Shown here: positions 32,224 through 43,361 of the stretch, one piece after another
Position numbering within the stretch: position 1 is the first letter of the stretch
Layout: each line of letters begins with the position of its first letter
Assembly (NCBI GenBank): GCA_965250195.1
Contig: OZ252295.1
Span: 1,437,528-1,501,527, forward strand
DNA length: 64,000 bases
Direction of reading: 5' to 3'
DNA from: Dehalococcoidia bacterium
GTDB taxonomy: Bacteria; Chloroflexota; Dehalococcoidia; Lucifugimonadales; UBA2962
Program-made: the position numbers and the translations under genes
The notes under the pieces: generated by a model
Seen by the model: only the letters and a program-made list of their open reading frames with translations
What the model was told of the DNA's origin: nothing
Database searches by the model: none

Positions 32224-32976
32224 TTTGATGCGTAGCAGCACCAGCCGCCAGATCGCCTCGACCACGATTCCCAGGCTCATTTTGGACTCCCCGTACAGCC
32301 TGTTTGAAAACATGAACGGGTGCTCCAGCACCCGGTATCCCCGGGACTGACAGGCGAAGGCGACCTCGGCCTGGAAGCCGAAGCCCTTGCAACGGAACCG
32401 GCTCATGTCCAATCCCCTCAACGCGTCGGCCCGGAAGCCTTTGAACCCTGAAGTGGTGTCGCGGATCCTCAGTCCCGCAACCAGCCGGATGGAGGCATTG
32501 CCAAGAGCGCTTATCAATACCCTGTGGAGGCCCCAGCCCTTGTCCGCACCGGCGTCGGTGGTGCCGGTGTAGCGTGACCCTACGACCACGTCTGCTTCCG
32601 CGAGTTCCGCCAGCATTCCCGGTAGCTCGGTCACCGGGTGCGAGAGGTCGGCGTCCATCTGGAACACGAAGTCAGGGTCGCCCTGGAGGGCTTGAGCGAA
32701 ACCCTCAACATAGGCTGTCCCCAGCCCCAGCTTGCCTGAGCGTTCCAGGACGCTTATGTGGCCGGCGTGCTCGGTGGACAGCCTGCGGGCGACGTCCGCG
32801 GTCCCGTCCGGGGAACCGTCGTCCACCACCAACAGCCTTAGATCTCCGATGTCGAGGCCGAACAGCCGGGACGCCAACTCGGGCAGGTTCTGGGCCTCGT
32901 TGTAGGTCGGAACCACGATCGTGACGCTGGGCCGCTCCCCTGGTCGCCGACTTGGGGTTTGTTGTTCAGGGGTCAC
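32203..32976 (-). CDS. GT2 polyprenol-monophosphomannose synthase-like
   Basis: VVPTYNE, DDGSPDGT, KLGLGTAY, QMDADLSH, DTTSGFK, GESKMS. Confidence 0.9.
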   Translation of the reverse strand: MTPEQQTPSRRPGERPSVTIVVPTYNEAQNLPELASRLFGLDIGDLRLLVVDDGSPDGTADVARRLSTEHAGHISVLERSGKLGLGTAYVEGFAQALQGDPDFVFQMDADLSHPVTELPGMLAELAEADVVVGSRYTGTTDAGADKGWGLHRVLISALGNASIRLVAGLRIRDTTSGFKGFRADALRGLDMSRFRCKGFGFQAEVAFACQSRGYRVLEHPFMFSNRLYGESKMSLGIVVEAIWRLVLLRIKSAVRVV

Positions 32977-32987
32977 GATTCTGCCTT

Positions 32988-33695
32988 CTAGTATCGGCCC
33001 AGCGCGGAGTTGAGCCGGATTGCCAGTGCGTCTCTGAGCATTAGCACCGCATCAACCACCGGCCTGACCTTGCTGTTGGGTTGGTGGTACCAGTCGATGG
33101 GAATCTCCACCACGTCCAGTCCCCTTTGGGCCGCGAGGTAGAGGACCTCAACGTCGAAGCCGAATCCGGTGGAGCGCTGGAGCGGGAACAGGGCCTCTGC
33201 CGCCTCGGCCGTAAAGCACTTGAAGCCGCACTGGGTGTCCTGAAACTTGGAGCCCGCTATGAGTCGCACGCTCCAGTTGAACAGCCTGCCCAACAGGTGG
33301 CGTGACTTTGGTTCATTGAACCTTCTCGCGCCCTCGATCTGGCGGGAGCCGATGACCACGTCGCGGCCTGGCTCTATGGCGGCCACGAACTGGGCGATCC
33401 ACTCCACCGGCATCGCCAGGTCGGCGTCGCACATCATGCGGTAGCGGCCCCGCGCCGCCAGCATTCCGGCCTTGACCGCCCCGCCCTTGCCCTTGTGGGC
33501 CAGTCTCAACACTCGGACACGCTCGCCGTCGGCATGTGTCTGTGCGAGAGCGGCTGTGGCGTCGGAGCTGCCGTCGTCGGCGACCAGTACCTCCCAGGCG
33601 TAGTCCTGGGCCGAAAAGTAGTCAACCAGCTTTCGCAGCGAGTCGGCTATCCGAGCCTCCTCGTTGTAGGCCGGGACGACGATCGAGAGGTACAA
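32988..33695 (-). CDS. GT2 dolichyl-phosphate glucose synthase-like
   Basis: VVPAYNEE, DDGSSD, GKGGAVK.GM, DADL, DTQCGFK, FDVE. Confidence 0.88.
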   Translation of the reverse strand: MYLSIVVPAYNEEARIADSLRKLVDYFSAQDYAWEVLVADDGSSDATAALAQTHADGERVRVLRLAHKGKGGAVKAGMLAARGRYRMMCDADLAMPVEWIAQFVAAIEPGRDVVIGSRQIEGARRFNEPKSRHLLGRLFNWSVRLIAGSKFQDTQCGFKCFTAEAAEALFPLQRSTGFGFDVEVLYLAAQRGLDVVEIPIDWYHQPNSKVRPVVDAVLMLRDALAIRLNSALGRY

Positions 33696-33705
33696 GGGTG
33701 GAACT

Positions 33706-34947
33706 CTAGCCCAGTTCGAACGCCGCGTGCAGAGCCCTGGCCGCGTCTCCTACGTGTCGCTCCGAGACGATGCAGGTGATGCGTATCTCCGACGTCGTTA
33801 TCAGCTCGATGTTGATGCCGCGCTCTGCCAGGGCCCCGAACATGCGGGAGGCGTAGCCCGGTTCGTCGCGCATCCCGGTGCCGACAATGCTGACTTTCGC
33901 CAAGCCGCCCGTACTTACAACTCCGCGGCCGGCCATTTCTTCCGTCATCGGTTGGACTACTTCCAACGCCCGCTTCAGGTCGGCACCAGCGACGGTGAAT
34001 GTGAAGTCGGTTACCGCGTCGGAACCGGCATTCATCACGATCTCATCGACGCTGACGTCGGCTGCTGACAGGGGCTCGAACACCCTGGCCGCGAGGCCCG
34101 GGCGGTCGGGAACGCCGAGCATGGTGATCTTGGCGAAACCCTTGTCCGTGGCTATGCCCCGGACCTTCTTGCGTACCTCTCCGACCTGGTTTTCATCAGT
34201 CATGTCCGCACCTTCGTGTATCAGGGTTCCGCTGGTCTCGGTGAAGCTGGAGCCAACGTACGTCGGGACGTTGTACACCATTGCGAGCTCCACCGCCCTT
34301 GGCTGCATTTTCGCGCCGTAGCTGGCCATCTCCAGCATCTCTTCGAAGCCTATTTCGTTCAGTTTGTGTGCCACCGGCACAAATTTCGGGTCGGCTGTAT
34401 AGATGCCATCCACGTTCGTGTAAATTTCGCACCGCTCCGCCCCCAGCGCGGCGGCCACCGCGACGGCAGTGGTATCCGAGCCACCCCGACCAAGGGTCGT
34501 CACATCGTGGTCGTCGTCCACCCCCTGGAAACCGGCGATGATGACGATGTTGCCACTGTCCAACTCCCTGCGGATGGATGAGACGTCGATGCTGGAGATC
34601 TGCGCCCGGCCGTAGCGGCTGGTGGTGTGGATGCCCGCCTGCCAGCCGGCCAGGCTTTTAGCGGGTTGGCCCAGAGCGTTCAGGGCCATGGCAGTCAGCG
34701 TGCATGACACCAGTTCTCCGGTAGATAGCAAAACATCGAGTTCGCGGGAATCCGGCCGGTCGTTTACCTGTCTCGCCAGCGCCGCCAGTTCGTCGGTGCG
34801 GTTCCCCATGGCAGAAACGACGGCGACGACATCGTCGCCGCCGCTTTTTCGGGCCGCAATTCGCCTGGCCACACGCCGAACGGCGTCAGCGTTGACCAGC
34901 GAGCTACCGCCGTACTTTTGCACGACAACGGGTGCCATATCGGTCAT
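33706..34947 (-). CDS. lysC: Aspartate kinase
   Basis: VQKYGGSS, VVSAMG, TTLGRGGSDTTA, two ACT domains, TSEIRI. Confidence 0.95.
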   Translation of the reverse strand: MTDMAPVVVQKYGGSSLVNADAVRRVARRIAARKSGGDDVVAVVSAMGNRTDELAALARQVNDRPDSRELDVLLSTGELVSCTLTAMALNALGQPAKSLAGWQAGIHTTSRYGRAQISSIDVSSIRRELDSGNIVIIAGFQGVDDDHDVTTLGRGGSDTTAVAVAAALGAERCEIYTNVDGIYTADPKFVPVAHKLNEIGFEEMLEMASYGAKMQPRAVELAMVYNVPTYVGSSFTETSGTLIHEGADMTDENQVGEVRKKVRGIATDKGFAKITMLGVPDRPGLAARVFEPLSAADVSVDEIVMNAGSDAVTDFTFTVAGADLKRALEVVQPMTEEMAGRGVVSTGGLAKVSIVGTGMRDEPGYASRMFGALAERGINIELITTSEIRITCIVSERHVGDAARALHAAFELG

Positions 34948-34957
34948 CCGCCCAGCA

Positions 34958-35908
34958 CTAGCTGGACGCCGGGCTCCCAGTCTCGTTGACGGTCTGAAAC
35001 CCGAGAGACGTGGGTTTGGAGATGCGCACGCCACCGGCGATGCCCGACTTGTCGGCGGCGTCGGCCATCTCATAACCGATCGTAAGTTCGCGGCCGGCGG
35101 TTAGGGCCAGCACGCTGGAGCCGGAGCCGGACAGGAAGACCCCCAACGCACCGGCCGCACGGGCCGCGGCGAACACGTTTTTCAGGCCGAAGAACTGGTC
35201 CACGCGAAACGATTGGTGCAGCCGATCTTCGGTGGCGACGCCCAGTAGCGAGAGGTCGCCGGTCGTCAGGGCGCGGACCAGCAGCCCGATGCGGCCCAGG
35301 TTAAAGACGACATCCTCACGGTCGATCGTGACCGGGAGAATTTCCCTGGCCTGCTTGGTCGGCATCGGCCGCTCGGGCACGTAGAGCACGGCCCGCAGGT
35401 CTTGCGGCACTGGTATTGGCGCAGTGACGAAGTGCTCTTGGGACGGGACGACAATTTGGCAGCCCCCGTACAGCGCCGCCACCACGTTGTCCGGATGCCC
35501 TTCGACCTCGACTGCCAGGTCTAGGAGTTTTTGCTCGGAAAGCTCGGACCCGGCTATCGCGTCGCCTGCGACCAGGCCCGCCACGATGGCTGCGGCGCTG
35601 GAGCCCAGGCCCTTGCCCGCCGGGACCTCGTTGTCACAGGTAATCTTGGCCGACGGCGGCTTCTTGCCGGTGCGGGTGAACGGCAACTCGAAGCAGCGGT
35701 GCACCAGTTTGGCGTACATGTCGTCGGGGTACTCCGCGCCATGGCCGCGAACTTCATACACCGGCCCATCACCGTCTTTCCGGACGACCTCGACAGTCGT
35801 CGTGTTCCAGATATCGAGCGCCATGGCCATGCAGTCGAAGCCCGGCCCCATGTTGGCGGCCGTGGCCGCCGTCTTTACTGTGATTTTTTCCAATTCAGGG
35901 AGTCCCAC
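34958..35908 (-). CDS. thrB: Homoserine kinase
   Basis: ANMGPGFD, P.GKGLGSSAAA, EGHPDN, DRLHQ, SGSGS. Confidence 0.95.
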   Translation of the reverse strand: MGLPELEKITVKTAATAANMGPGFDCMAMALDIWNTTTVEVVRKDGDGPVYEVRGHGAEYPDDMYAKLVHRCFELPFTRTGKKPPSAKITCDNEVPAGKGLGSSAAAIVAGLVAGDAIAGSELSEQKLLDLAVEVEGHPDNVVAALYGGCQIVVPSQEHFVTAPIPVPQDLRAVLYVPERPMPTKQAREILPVTIDREDVVFNLGRIGLLVRALTTGDLSLLGVATEDRLHQSFRVDQFFGLKNVFAAARAAGALGVFLSGSGSSVLALTAGRELTIGYEMADAADKSGIAGGVRISKPTSLGFQTVNETGSPASS

Positions 35909-36015
35909 GACCCGAAATTGCGAGCCGACTTTCGCGTGGGCCTGATTCGGCCGGACCGACCGGCCGAAAAGCCCGTTAATACAAGCGGTTATGATAACAT
36001 GGCAACTCTTCCTCG

Positions 36016-38595
36016 ATGACTCATCGAGGGCATGACCACCGCGTTCCCGCCCCTGCTCGACCGCTCCGAGAGACCCTTAATTCCGTGGCGAAAAGTTCGA
36101 CAGTGTCCGCTCCCGACTACCTGGCCGACGACGCACCGGATCTGCTCGATTTCCCGGCCATCCGGGCCGCCCTCGCCGCCCATGTGCGTTACGGGCCCGC
36201 CCGGCCTCTAGCACTCGCGCTAGCCCCCTCGTTCGACCCTACGACAGTTGCTGCACTGCACGCCGAGACCGCACAGGGGCGTCGGCTGCTGGACGAGATC
36301 GGCGACCTGGACCTGACGCTCGTCACCGACCCGTCGGAGGCCGTAAGACGGGCCGCGCTTGAGGGGCTGCTGACTGGAGAAGAGTTGCTCTCGGTCGCAG
36401 ACGCCATCGCAGTCCAGACCCGAGCCGCGGGCCTGAACTCAGCCGCCGTAGCAGGGCCCCCCGGTCTGGGCTTAGGCCGAGCAGAAGTTGCCGCCCCCAT
36501 ATTGACCGCGATGGCGAGCCGCATTCCCGACCTGACGGACGTCGAGCAGGCCATCCGCCGGTCTATTAGCGACCGGGGCGAGGTTTTGGATGGCGCCACA
36601 CCAACGCTTCGGGGGCTGCGGACGCACGTGAGGCAGGCGTACGAAGACGTTACTTCCGCTCTGGGTCGTATCGTGCGATCTGACCTGAGTTCTGCGCTGC
36701 AAGAGCAGGTCATCTCGATGCGGGGAGATCGCTTCGTCCTGCAGGTTCGTTCTGAGTTAAGGCACCGTGTACCGGGGATCGTCCATGATGCCTCCAACAC
36801 CGGTGCCACCGTTTACGTGGAGCCACTCGCCACCGTGGATCTGGGCAACTCGTGGCGGGAATTGGCGTTGGAGGAGGAGCGCGAAACCGCCAGGGTCCTG
36901 GCGGAACTCTCCGCACGGGTGGGGGCCGCTGGCGACGCCTTTGTGTTTGGCTCGGAGTTGACGGGGGCGATCGACCTCATCTTCGCCCGAGCCCGCCACG
37001 GCATTCGAAGCCGGGGTGTGACGCCGACTCTCCCCGATGAATCCCGGCCAGCAGCCGGGTCGCTGCTCAGGCTGGTAGCCGCCAGACACCCGCTGCTGGG
37101 AGAGGCGGCTGTGCCGCTAACTATCAGCCTGGGTACGGTGCGACCCGACGAAAAAGCGTGGTCGGTGCTGGTTGTCACCGGGCCGAACACCGGCGGCAAG
37201 ACCGTGGCCATGAAGACGGTCGGCCTGCTGGTGGCGATGAATCAGGCGGGCCTGCAGGTGCCGGCGACCGAGGCCATGTTGCCGGTGTTCGACGGTCTGT
37301 ACGTCGACGTCGGGGATCACCAGAGCATTGAGGGCAGCGTCTCGACCTTCAGTTCGCACATGCGCCGGGTGATCGGGATACTCGAAAGCGCTGGCCCCGG
37401 TTCACTCGTATTGCTCGATGAGTTGGGAGCGAGCACCGACCCGGAGGAGGGGGCCGCGCTGGCGCGGGCCGTGCTGGACCACCTCGCCGAGCAGAAAATC
37501 CCCACGGTCGTTACCACTCACCATCGCTCTGTCGCCGCCCATGCCGAGGCTTCGAAGGGCATGGAAAACGCGAGCGTCGATCTCGACCCGGACACGCTCG
37601 CGCCGACCTATCGTCTGACTATGGGGATTCCGGGCCGCAGCTACGGCATGTCCGTCGCGGCCGGTCTGGGCATGCCCCAAGACGTGCTCGAGGCCGCCGG
37701 GTCATACATCGACGCAAAGTCGGCCCAGTACGAGGAGTCGATAGAGGAGCTACGAAGAGAGCGTGCGGCGGTCGAGCGGGCGCTGGCCTCGGCAGAGGCC
37801 GCGACTGGGTCCGCCGAACGAGCCCGCATAGAGCTGGAAGCCGAGCGCGCGACGTTCAACTCAAGAAGGGGAGAGCTGGTAGAGGCGATGCACGGTGAAC
37901 TGGTCGCCAAGTACGACGATCTCACCTCCCGGTTAAAAAGGGCGGAGGCGGCCCTGTCGTGGAACATCGGCAACGTGGTGGCGGCCGACTCCGTAGACCG
38001 CTCTGTTGTCGAGTCTGTCACCGAGGATCTGGCGACGGCGAAGCGGGAGATGTCAGATCTCGGACGTGAGGAACCGCTGAACACCGCGCCCGCATCGCCC
38101 GTAACCAGCCCCGTCGACAGGGCAGTGGAGGCTGGCGCCGTGGTCGAGGTCAGGGGCCTCGGCGCCAGGGGCACTGTGCAGAGCATCCACGCTGGGACCG
38201 GCGAGGCGGAAGTGTTGATGGGCAACGTTCGACTCCGTCTGGAGCTGAGCCGCCTGATTCCGACGGCCCTGAATCCGACTGCCCTAAACCCGAGTGGGAG
38301 TACAGAAGAGTCCGAACCTCCCCAGGTGTCGGCGTCTTTAGGGCCAGTTCTAGGTTCTGCCGAACTCGATCTGCGGGGCATGCGTGCGGAGGCCGCGGAG
38401 CTGGAGGTCGAGCTGTTCCTCGATCACGCCATCAGGGACGGCATGTCCTCGGTTCGCATCATTCACGGCCGTGCCACCGGTGTGCTACGGCGAGTGGTAC
38501 GTGAGCAGCTCGAGCGCAATTCGCTCGTGAAAAATTATGCCGCAGAAGACGCCGAGCGCGGTGGGGACGGTGCCACACGAGTAGACCTCGTCTAG
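36016..38595 (+). CDS. mutS2: MutS2 endonuclease with C-terminal Smr domain
   Basis: GIVHDASNTGATVYVEP, TGPNTGGKT, STFSSHM, LLDELGASTDP, LDLRG...IIHGRATG; start uncertain. Confidence 0.93.
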   Translation: MTHRGHDHRVPAPARPLRETLNSVAKSSTVSAPDYLADDAPDLLDFPAIRAALAAHVRYGPARPLALALAPSFDPTTVAALHAETAQGRRLLDEIGDLDLTLVTDPSEAVRRAALEGLLTGEELLSVADAIAVQTRAAGLNSAAVAGPPGLGLGRAEVAAPILTAMASRIPDLTDVEQAIRRSISDRGEVLDGATPTLRGLRTHVRQAYEDVTSALGRIVRSDLSSALQEQVISMRGDRFVLQVRSELRHRVPGIVHDASNTGATVYVEPLATVDLGNSWRELALEEERETARVLAELSARVGAAGDAFVFGSELTGAIDLIFARARHGIRSRGVTPTLPDESRPAAGSLLRLVAARHPLLGEAAVPLTISLGTVRPDEKAWSVLVVTGPNTGGKTVAMKTVGLLVAMNQAGLQVPATEAMLPVFDGLYVDVGDHQSIEGSVSTFSSHMRRVIGILESAGPGSLVLLDELGASTDPEEGAALARAVLDHLAEQKIPTVVTTHHRSVAAHAEASKGMENASVDLDPDTLAPTYRLTMGIPGRSYGMSVAAGLGMPQDVLEAAGSYIDAKSAQYEESIEELRRERAAVERALASAEAATGSAERARIELEAERATFNSRRGELVEAMHGELVAKYDDLTSRLKRAEAALSWNIGNVVAADSVDRSVVESVTEDLATAKREMSDLGREEPLNTAPASPVTSPVDRAVEAGAVVEVRGLGARGTVQSIHAGTGEAEVLMGNVRLRLELSRLIPTALNPTALNPSGSTEESEPPQVSASLGPVLGSAELDLRGMRAEAAELEVELFLDHAIRDGMSSVRIIHGRATGVLRRVVREQLERNSLVKNYAAEDAERGGDGATRVDLV

Positions 38596-38606
38596 CCGGC
38601 CTGCGC

Positions 38607-39182
38607 TTGATTCATAGGACCGTTTCCCTCCGGGCGTTGATCCCGTTTGCGATGTTTGCCTTGCTGGCGCTGGGGGCGTTGGGGGCGTGTGACGATAGCG
38701 CGGGTACGCCGCTGGTGGTGATCGTCCGCCACACCGCAGCCGCCGAAGCTGAAAGCCGCCCCGAGCCGCCGGGACTAGATCGGGTGACCGTACTGGTAGG
38801 CAATGCAGAACTGTTGCTGGAGGTCGCCTCCGATCCACAAGACCGTCGGGTTGGCCTGTCTGGACGGACGGGCCTGGAACCCGGAGCCGGAATGCTCTTT
38901 CACTTCTCGTCCGGCTCGGCAACGGGCCTGTGGATGAAGGGAATGCTCTTCGGGCTGGACTTCATATGGGTCGGTCCCGATTGCACGGTGGTCGATCTGC
39001 ACGAGAGCGTGCCCGCTCCGACCGGGCCGGATGACCCGTTGCCTATTTATCGCCCAAACACAGAAGCGGCAGGCGTGATCGAGATAGCGGCCGGGGGCGT
39101 GGCTGCCGCCGGGATAGCGCGGGGTAACGGGGTCCACTACGCCCCGTCGCTCACGGGCTCCGAGTACGGATGTGAAGGGTAA
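38607..39182 (+). CDS. DUF192 family lipoprotein
   Basis: Lipobox LGAC, EVA....R..GL.GR, GMLF, WMKGM, VIEI.AG. Confidence 0.8.
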   Translation: MIHRTVSLRALIPFAMFALLALGALGACDDSAGTPLVVIVRHTAAAEAESRPEPPGLDRVTVLVGNAELLLEVASDPQDRRVGLSGRTGLEPGAGMLFHFSSGSATGLWMKGMLFGLDFIWVGPDCTVVDLHESVPAPTGPDDPLPIYRPNTEAAGVIEIAAGGVAAAGIARGNGVHYAPSLTGSEYGCEG

Positions 39183-39205
39183 AAGCCCCCTTTTTCCGCG
39201 GGTGT

Positions 39206-39234
39206 TTGACACATTGCGGGGCGGGTGCTAAACT
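39206..39234 (+). promoter_or_regulatory. Strong sigma70-type promoter of rpoBC
   Basis: TTGACA-17 nt-TAAACT with TGn extended -10. Confidence 0.8.
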
Positions 39235-39389
39235 CCCTATCTGGTCGATTTACGTCCTCTGTCGCCCTGCGGGTTTTTTTACCTGGACATTTCACGTCTC
39301 TAACTGTGCCGCTCGCTTCACCGTAAGTGAGTCGCGCATTTTTTTTGCGCGAAGCCTAATCCGATTAGCCTTGGGGAGTGTGGTACTGC

Positions 39390-42300
39390 ATGACCTCTTC
39401 CGTTCTACCTGTAGCCGCTACGAAGAATCAACCCAAAACCACCAAGCAAAATGGACTCGCTAAACGATCATACGCTCGAATTCCGGCCGTACTTGAGGTT
39501 CCCAACCTCATACAGGTTCAGATCGACTCGTTTGATTGGTTCAAGGCAGACGGCCTCGGTGAGCTTCTCTCCGAGATTTCGCCTATTGAGGACTTCCCCG
39601 GGGGTCGCTTCGAACTAAGCTTCCTCTCGCACTACTTCGAGGATCCGAAGCACTCGGAAGAAGAGTGCCGCGAGAACGAGACAACGTTCTCCGCCCCTCT
39701 TTACGTAACCGTTCAGCTGCGAATCAAGGCGCAAGGGCCCGGACAGGGCGAGATAAAGCAGCAGACGCTCTTCGTCGGGGACATCCCCATGATGACCAAG
39801 AGCGGCACTTTCATCATCAACGGCGCCGAGCGCGTGGTCGTCAGCCAGCTCGTCCGCTCACCGGGCGTCTACTTCACTACCGACACCGATCCCAACTCCG
39901 GCCGCGTCCTAACGTCCGCAAAGCTCATCCCGTACAGGGGCGCCTGGATGGAGTTCGACACCTCCAACCGGGATGTCATCTCCGTCAAGGTCGATCGGAA
40001 GCGCAAGACGCCTGTCACCATGTTGCTCAGGGCAATGGGTTTCACCAAAGACGAAGATGTCGCCAAGATATTCGCCGACGTCGACACCGACGATGACCAC
40101 CCCTTCGTCAAAGCCACCATCGCAAAAGACACCCCGGTGGATTCGCAGGACGAGGCGCTTCTCGAGTTCTATCGCCGGTTACGACCGGGCGAACCCCCGT
40201 CTGTAGAGAACGCACGCAACCTGCTGGACAACCTGTTTTTCAATCCGCGCAGGTATGACCTCGGCAGGGTCGGCCGGTATAAGCTCAACCGCCGACTGAA
40301 CGGCGGCAAGGGCACAGACGAACGAACGCTGTCTCCGAACGACATTGTCGGCCTGCTGCGCACGATGATGGAGATAAACAACGGCGTGCGCGGGCCGGAC
40401 GACATCGACCATCTCGGTAACCGGCGCGTGAGGGCTGTTGGCGAGCTCATCCAGAACCAGGTCCGGGTCGGCCTGCTCCGCATGGAGAGGGTCATCAAAG
40501 AGCGCATGACCACCCAGATGGACCCGGCGACGACCACGCCTGCGGCCCTGATCAACATTAGGCCAGTGGTAGCGGCAGTGCGCGAGTTCTTCGGAGGCTC
40601 GCAGCTCTCGCAGTTCATGGACCAGACCAATCCGCTGGCGGAGCTAACCCACAAGCGCCGACTCTCGGCACTGGGCCCCGGAGGGCTGTCTCGTGAGCGC
40701 GCTGGGTTCGATGTACGCGACGTGCATCACTCCCACTACGGCCGCATATGCCCCATCGAGACCCCGGAGGGCCCCAACATCGGCCTTCTCGGCTCGCTCG
40801 CCACGTATGCGCGGACCAACCAGTACGGCTTTATCGAGACCCCGTACCGGGTAATTAAGGCGACCGTCTCCAATAAGGCGGACAGCCTGCTGGGCCGCAC
40901 GCCCATCAACGACATCGTCGGCGAGGACGGTAAGACCATCCTTCGCGGCGGTAACGACATCTCCAAGCGCGTGGTCAAGAGAATCCAGGCGCTTAAAAAG
41001 CATGAACTGGAGGTCAAGCCCTACGTCTCGCTCGACCCCGGCGAGATCGTTTACCTCTCGGCCGATGCTGAAGAAAATGTGCACATAGCCCAGGCCAACT
41101 CGCCCATCGACGGGAATGGCCAGTTCAAAGAGGCTCGGGTCGAGACCCGCATGGGTGACAACGTCGGCATGGAGCCGCCCGCCAATGTTGGGTACATGGA
41201 CGTGTCGCCAATGCAACTGGTGAGCGTCTCGACCTCCCTGATTCCGTTCCTGGAGCACGACGACGCCAACCGGGCGTTGATGGGCTCGAACATGCAGAGG
41301 CAGGCCGTTCCGTTACTGCGGCCCGAGACGCCTCTCGTCGCTACCGGCATGGAAGGCCGGGTGGCGAAGGACAGTGGCCAGCTCATGGTCTCGGACGCCG
41401 ACGGCATTGTGCAGGAGGCCACCGGCGACCGCATCGTCATTCTCGATGAGGCCGGCGAAGAGCACCTGTTCAAGCTGCGCAAGTTCCTTCGCTCCAACCA
41501 GGGCACCTGCATCAATCAGCGTCCCATCGTTAGCCGCGGCGACTACGTGAAAAAAGGCGACATTCTCTGCGACAGCTCATCGACTGACGGGGGCGAGCTT
41601 GCACTGGGCCAGAACGTTCTGGTCGCGTTCATGAGTTGGGAGGGATACAACTTCGAGGACGCCATCATCCTCAGCGAGAACCTCGTTAAGGACGACCGCT
41701 TCACCTCCATCCACATTGAAAAACACGAGGTGGAGGCCAGGGACACCAAGCTTGGCCCCGAAGAGATCACCAGGGACATTCCCAATGTCGGCGAGGAGAG
41801 CCTGCGGGACCTCGACGAAGAGGGGATCATCCGCGTGGGGGCCGAGATCGGGCCTGGCGACATCCTGGTCGGCAAGATTACGCCCAAGGGCGAGACCGAG
41901 TTGAGCGCCGAGGAGAAGCTGCTCCGGGCGATATTCGGAGAGAAGGCTCGCGACGTAAAAGACACCTCGTTGCGCGTCCCCCACGGGGAGCGCGGCAAGG
42001 TCATGGACGTGCGCATACTGAGCAGGCTCGACGGCGACGAGTTGCCGCCTGGCGTCAACAAACTGGTTCGCCTGTGGGTTGCCCAAACACGGAAGATTTC
42101 TGAGGGCGACAAGATGGCCGGACGCCATGGCAATAAGGGCGTCGTCGCCAAGATATTGCCGCAAGAAGACATGCCTTTCCTTCCGGATGGTACCCCCGTC
42201 GATATCATTCTTAACCCGATTGGCGTGCCGTCCAGGATGAATCTGGGCCAGGTGTTGGAAACGCACCTGGGATGGGCCGCCCAGCTGCTCGACTTTAAGG

Positions 42301-43358
42301 CCGAAACACCTGTGTTCGACGGCGCGCTCGACATTTCAATTGAGGACGCGCTGGCCCAGGCCTGGATCATCCAGCAGGCCGAGGCCGTCGATCCCAATTC
42401 GACAACCCTTCGGGGCATGGACCGAATCGACTTGATCAAAGTTGCTGGATGGCTGGAAGACCGCGGCTACGACTACGACCAGGTCATGGGCACGACGCCC
42501 GGCAAGTCCGCCGTCTTGGGCGAAGCCAGGCGAGCCTGCCTGCGGACCTGGCTGTCGGAAGAGGTCGGCGTAGACATCTCCGAAATGTCCGAGTCCGATG
42601 TCGATACAGAAGTACGCCGACTGAACCGGGAAGAAAACACGGCGGCGCCCACGATGGGCAAATCCACCCTGTTCGACGGCCATACCGGTGACAAGTACGA
42701 TCAGCCCATCACCACCGGCTACATCTACATGATGAAGCTCATCCACCTCGTAGAGGACAAGATCCACGCCAGGTCCACCGGCCCCTACTCCCTCATTACC
42801 CAGCAGCCGCTGGGAGGCAAGGCGCAGTTCGGCGGCCAACGTTTTGGGGAAATGGAAGTCTGGGCGCTAGAGGCTTACAGCGCCGCTTACAACCTCCAGG
42901 AGATGCTCACCGTCAAGTCCGACGACGTGGTCGGCAGGGTGAAAACCTATGAGGCCATCGTCAAAGGCGAGGACGTGATACAGCCTGGCATCCCCGAATC
43001 GTTCCACGTGCTCTTGAAGGAGTTGCAGAGCCTCGGCCTCTCGGTCGAATTGCTCCGCGAGGAGCCCGAGACCGACGAATTGGATGAGGGCGAAGGCGAG
43101 CTCTCGCTCCACGAATTCGACCTCGCCCTGGGCGGGCTCGATGAAGGCGCGTCTGGAGCACTAAACGGCTTCGACATCGCGGGCGATCTGCTCAGCGGTG
43201 ACGGCGCCAAGCAGGACGTGACCGCGTCCACCGAATCGGGGGGGGCCGCCAAGGCTGCCGAGACCGAAGAGACAACGAAACAAGAGCCGACCGATGAAGG
43301 CTCTGACGGTGAGGCCGACACCGATTCGGCCACTGCCGAAACGAAAGAGGAGAACTAA
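39390..43358 (+). CDS. rpoB: DNA-directed RNA polymerase beta subunit
   Basis: [44 protein letters not shown]; lineage inserts and acidic tail. Confidence 0.99.
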   Translation: MTSSVLPVAATKNQPKTTKQNGLAKRSYARIPAVLEVPNLIQVQIDSFDWFKADGLGELLSEISPIEDFPGGRFELSFLSHYFEDPKHSEEECRENETTFSAPLYVTVQLRIKAQGPGQGEIKQQTLFVGDIPMMTKSGTFIINGAERVVVSQLVRSPGVYFTTDTDPNSGRVLTSAKLIPYRGAWMEFDTSNRDVISVKVDRKRKTPVTMLLRAMGFTKDEDVAKIFADVDTDDDHPFVKATIAKDTPVDSQDEALLEFYRRLRPGEPPSVENARNLLDNLFFNPRRYDLGRVGRYKLNRRLNGGKGTDERTLSPNDIVGLLRTMMEINNGVRGPDDIDHLGNRRVRAVGELIQNQVRVGLLRMERVIKERMTTQMDPATTTPAALINIRPVVAAVREFFGGSQLSQFMDQTNPLAELTHKRRLSALGPGGLSRERAGFDVRDVHHSHYGRICPIETPEGPNIGLLGSLATYARTNQYGFIETPYRVIKATVSNKADSLLGRTPINDIVGEDGKTILRGGNDISKRVVKRIQALKKHELEVKPYVSLDPGEIVYLSADAEENVHIAQANSPIDGNGQFKEARVETRMGDNVGMEPPANVGYMDVSPMQLVSVSTSLIPFLEHDDANRALMGSNMQRQAVPLLRPETPLVATGMEGRVAKDSGQLMVSDADGIVQEATGDRIVILDEAGEEHLFKLRKFLRSNQGTCINQRPIVSRGDYVKKGDILCDSSSTDGGELALGQNVLVAFMSWEGYNFEDAIILSENLVKDDRFTSIHIEKHEVEARDTKLGPEEITRDIPNVGEESLRDLDEEGIIRVGAEIGPGDILVGKITPKGETELSAEEKLLRAIFGEKARDVKDTSLRVPHGERGKVMDVRILSRLDGDELPPGVNKLVRLWVAQTRKISEGDKMAGRHGNKGVVAKILPQEDMPFLPDGTPVDIILNPIGVPSRMNLGQVLETHLGWAAQLLDFKAETPVFDGALDISIEDALAQAWIIQQAEAVDPNSTTLRGMDRIDLIKVAGWLEDRGYDYDQVMGTTPGKSAVLGEARRACLRTWLSEEVGVDISEMSESDVDTEVRRLNREENTAAPTMGKSTLFDGHTGDKYDQPITTGYIYMMKLIHLVEDKIHARSTGPYSLITQQPLGGKAQFGGQRFGEMEVWALEAYSAAYNLQEMLTVKSDDVVGRVKTYEAIVKGEDVIQPGIPESFHVLLKELQSLGLSVELLREEPETDELDEGEGELSLHEFDLALGGLDEGASGALNGFDIAGDLLSGDGAKQDVTASTESGGAAKAAETEETTKQEPTDEGSDGEADTDSATAETKEEN

Positions 43359-43361
43359 CGC

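Noticed and set aside
38259-38292. Short tandem duplication (PTALN-PTALN-P) in mutS2
   Set aside because: Slippage in the flexible linker before the Smr domain; no sign of function.
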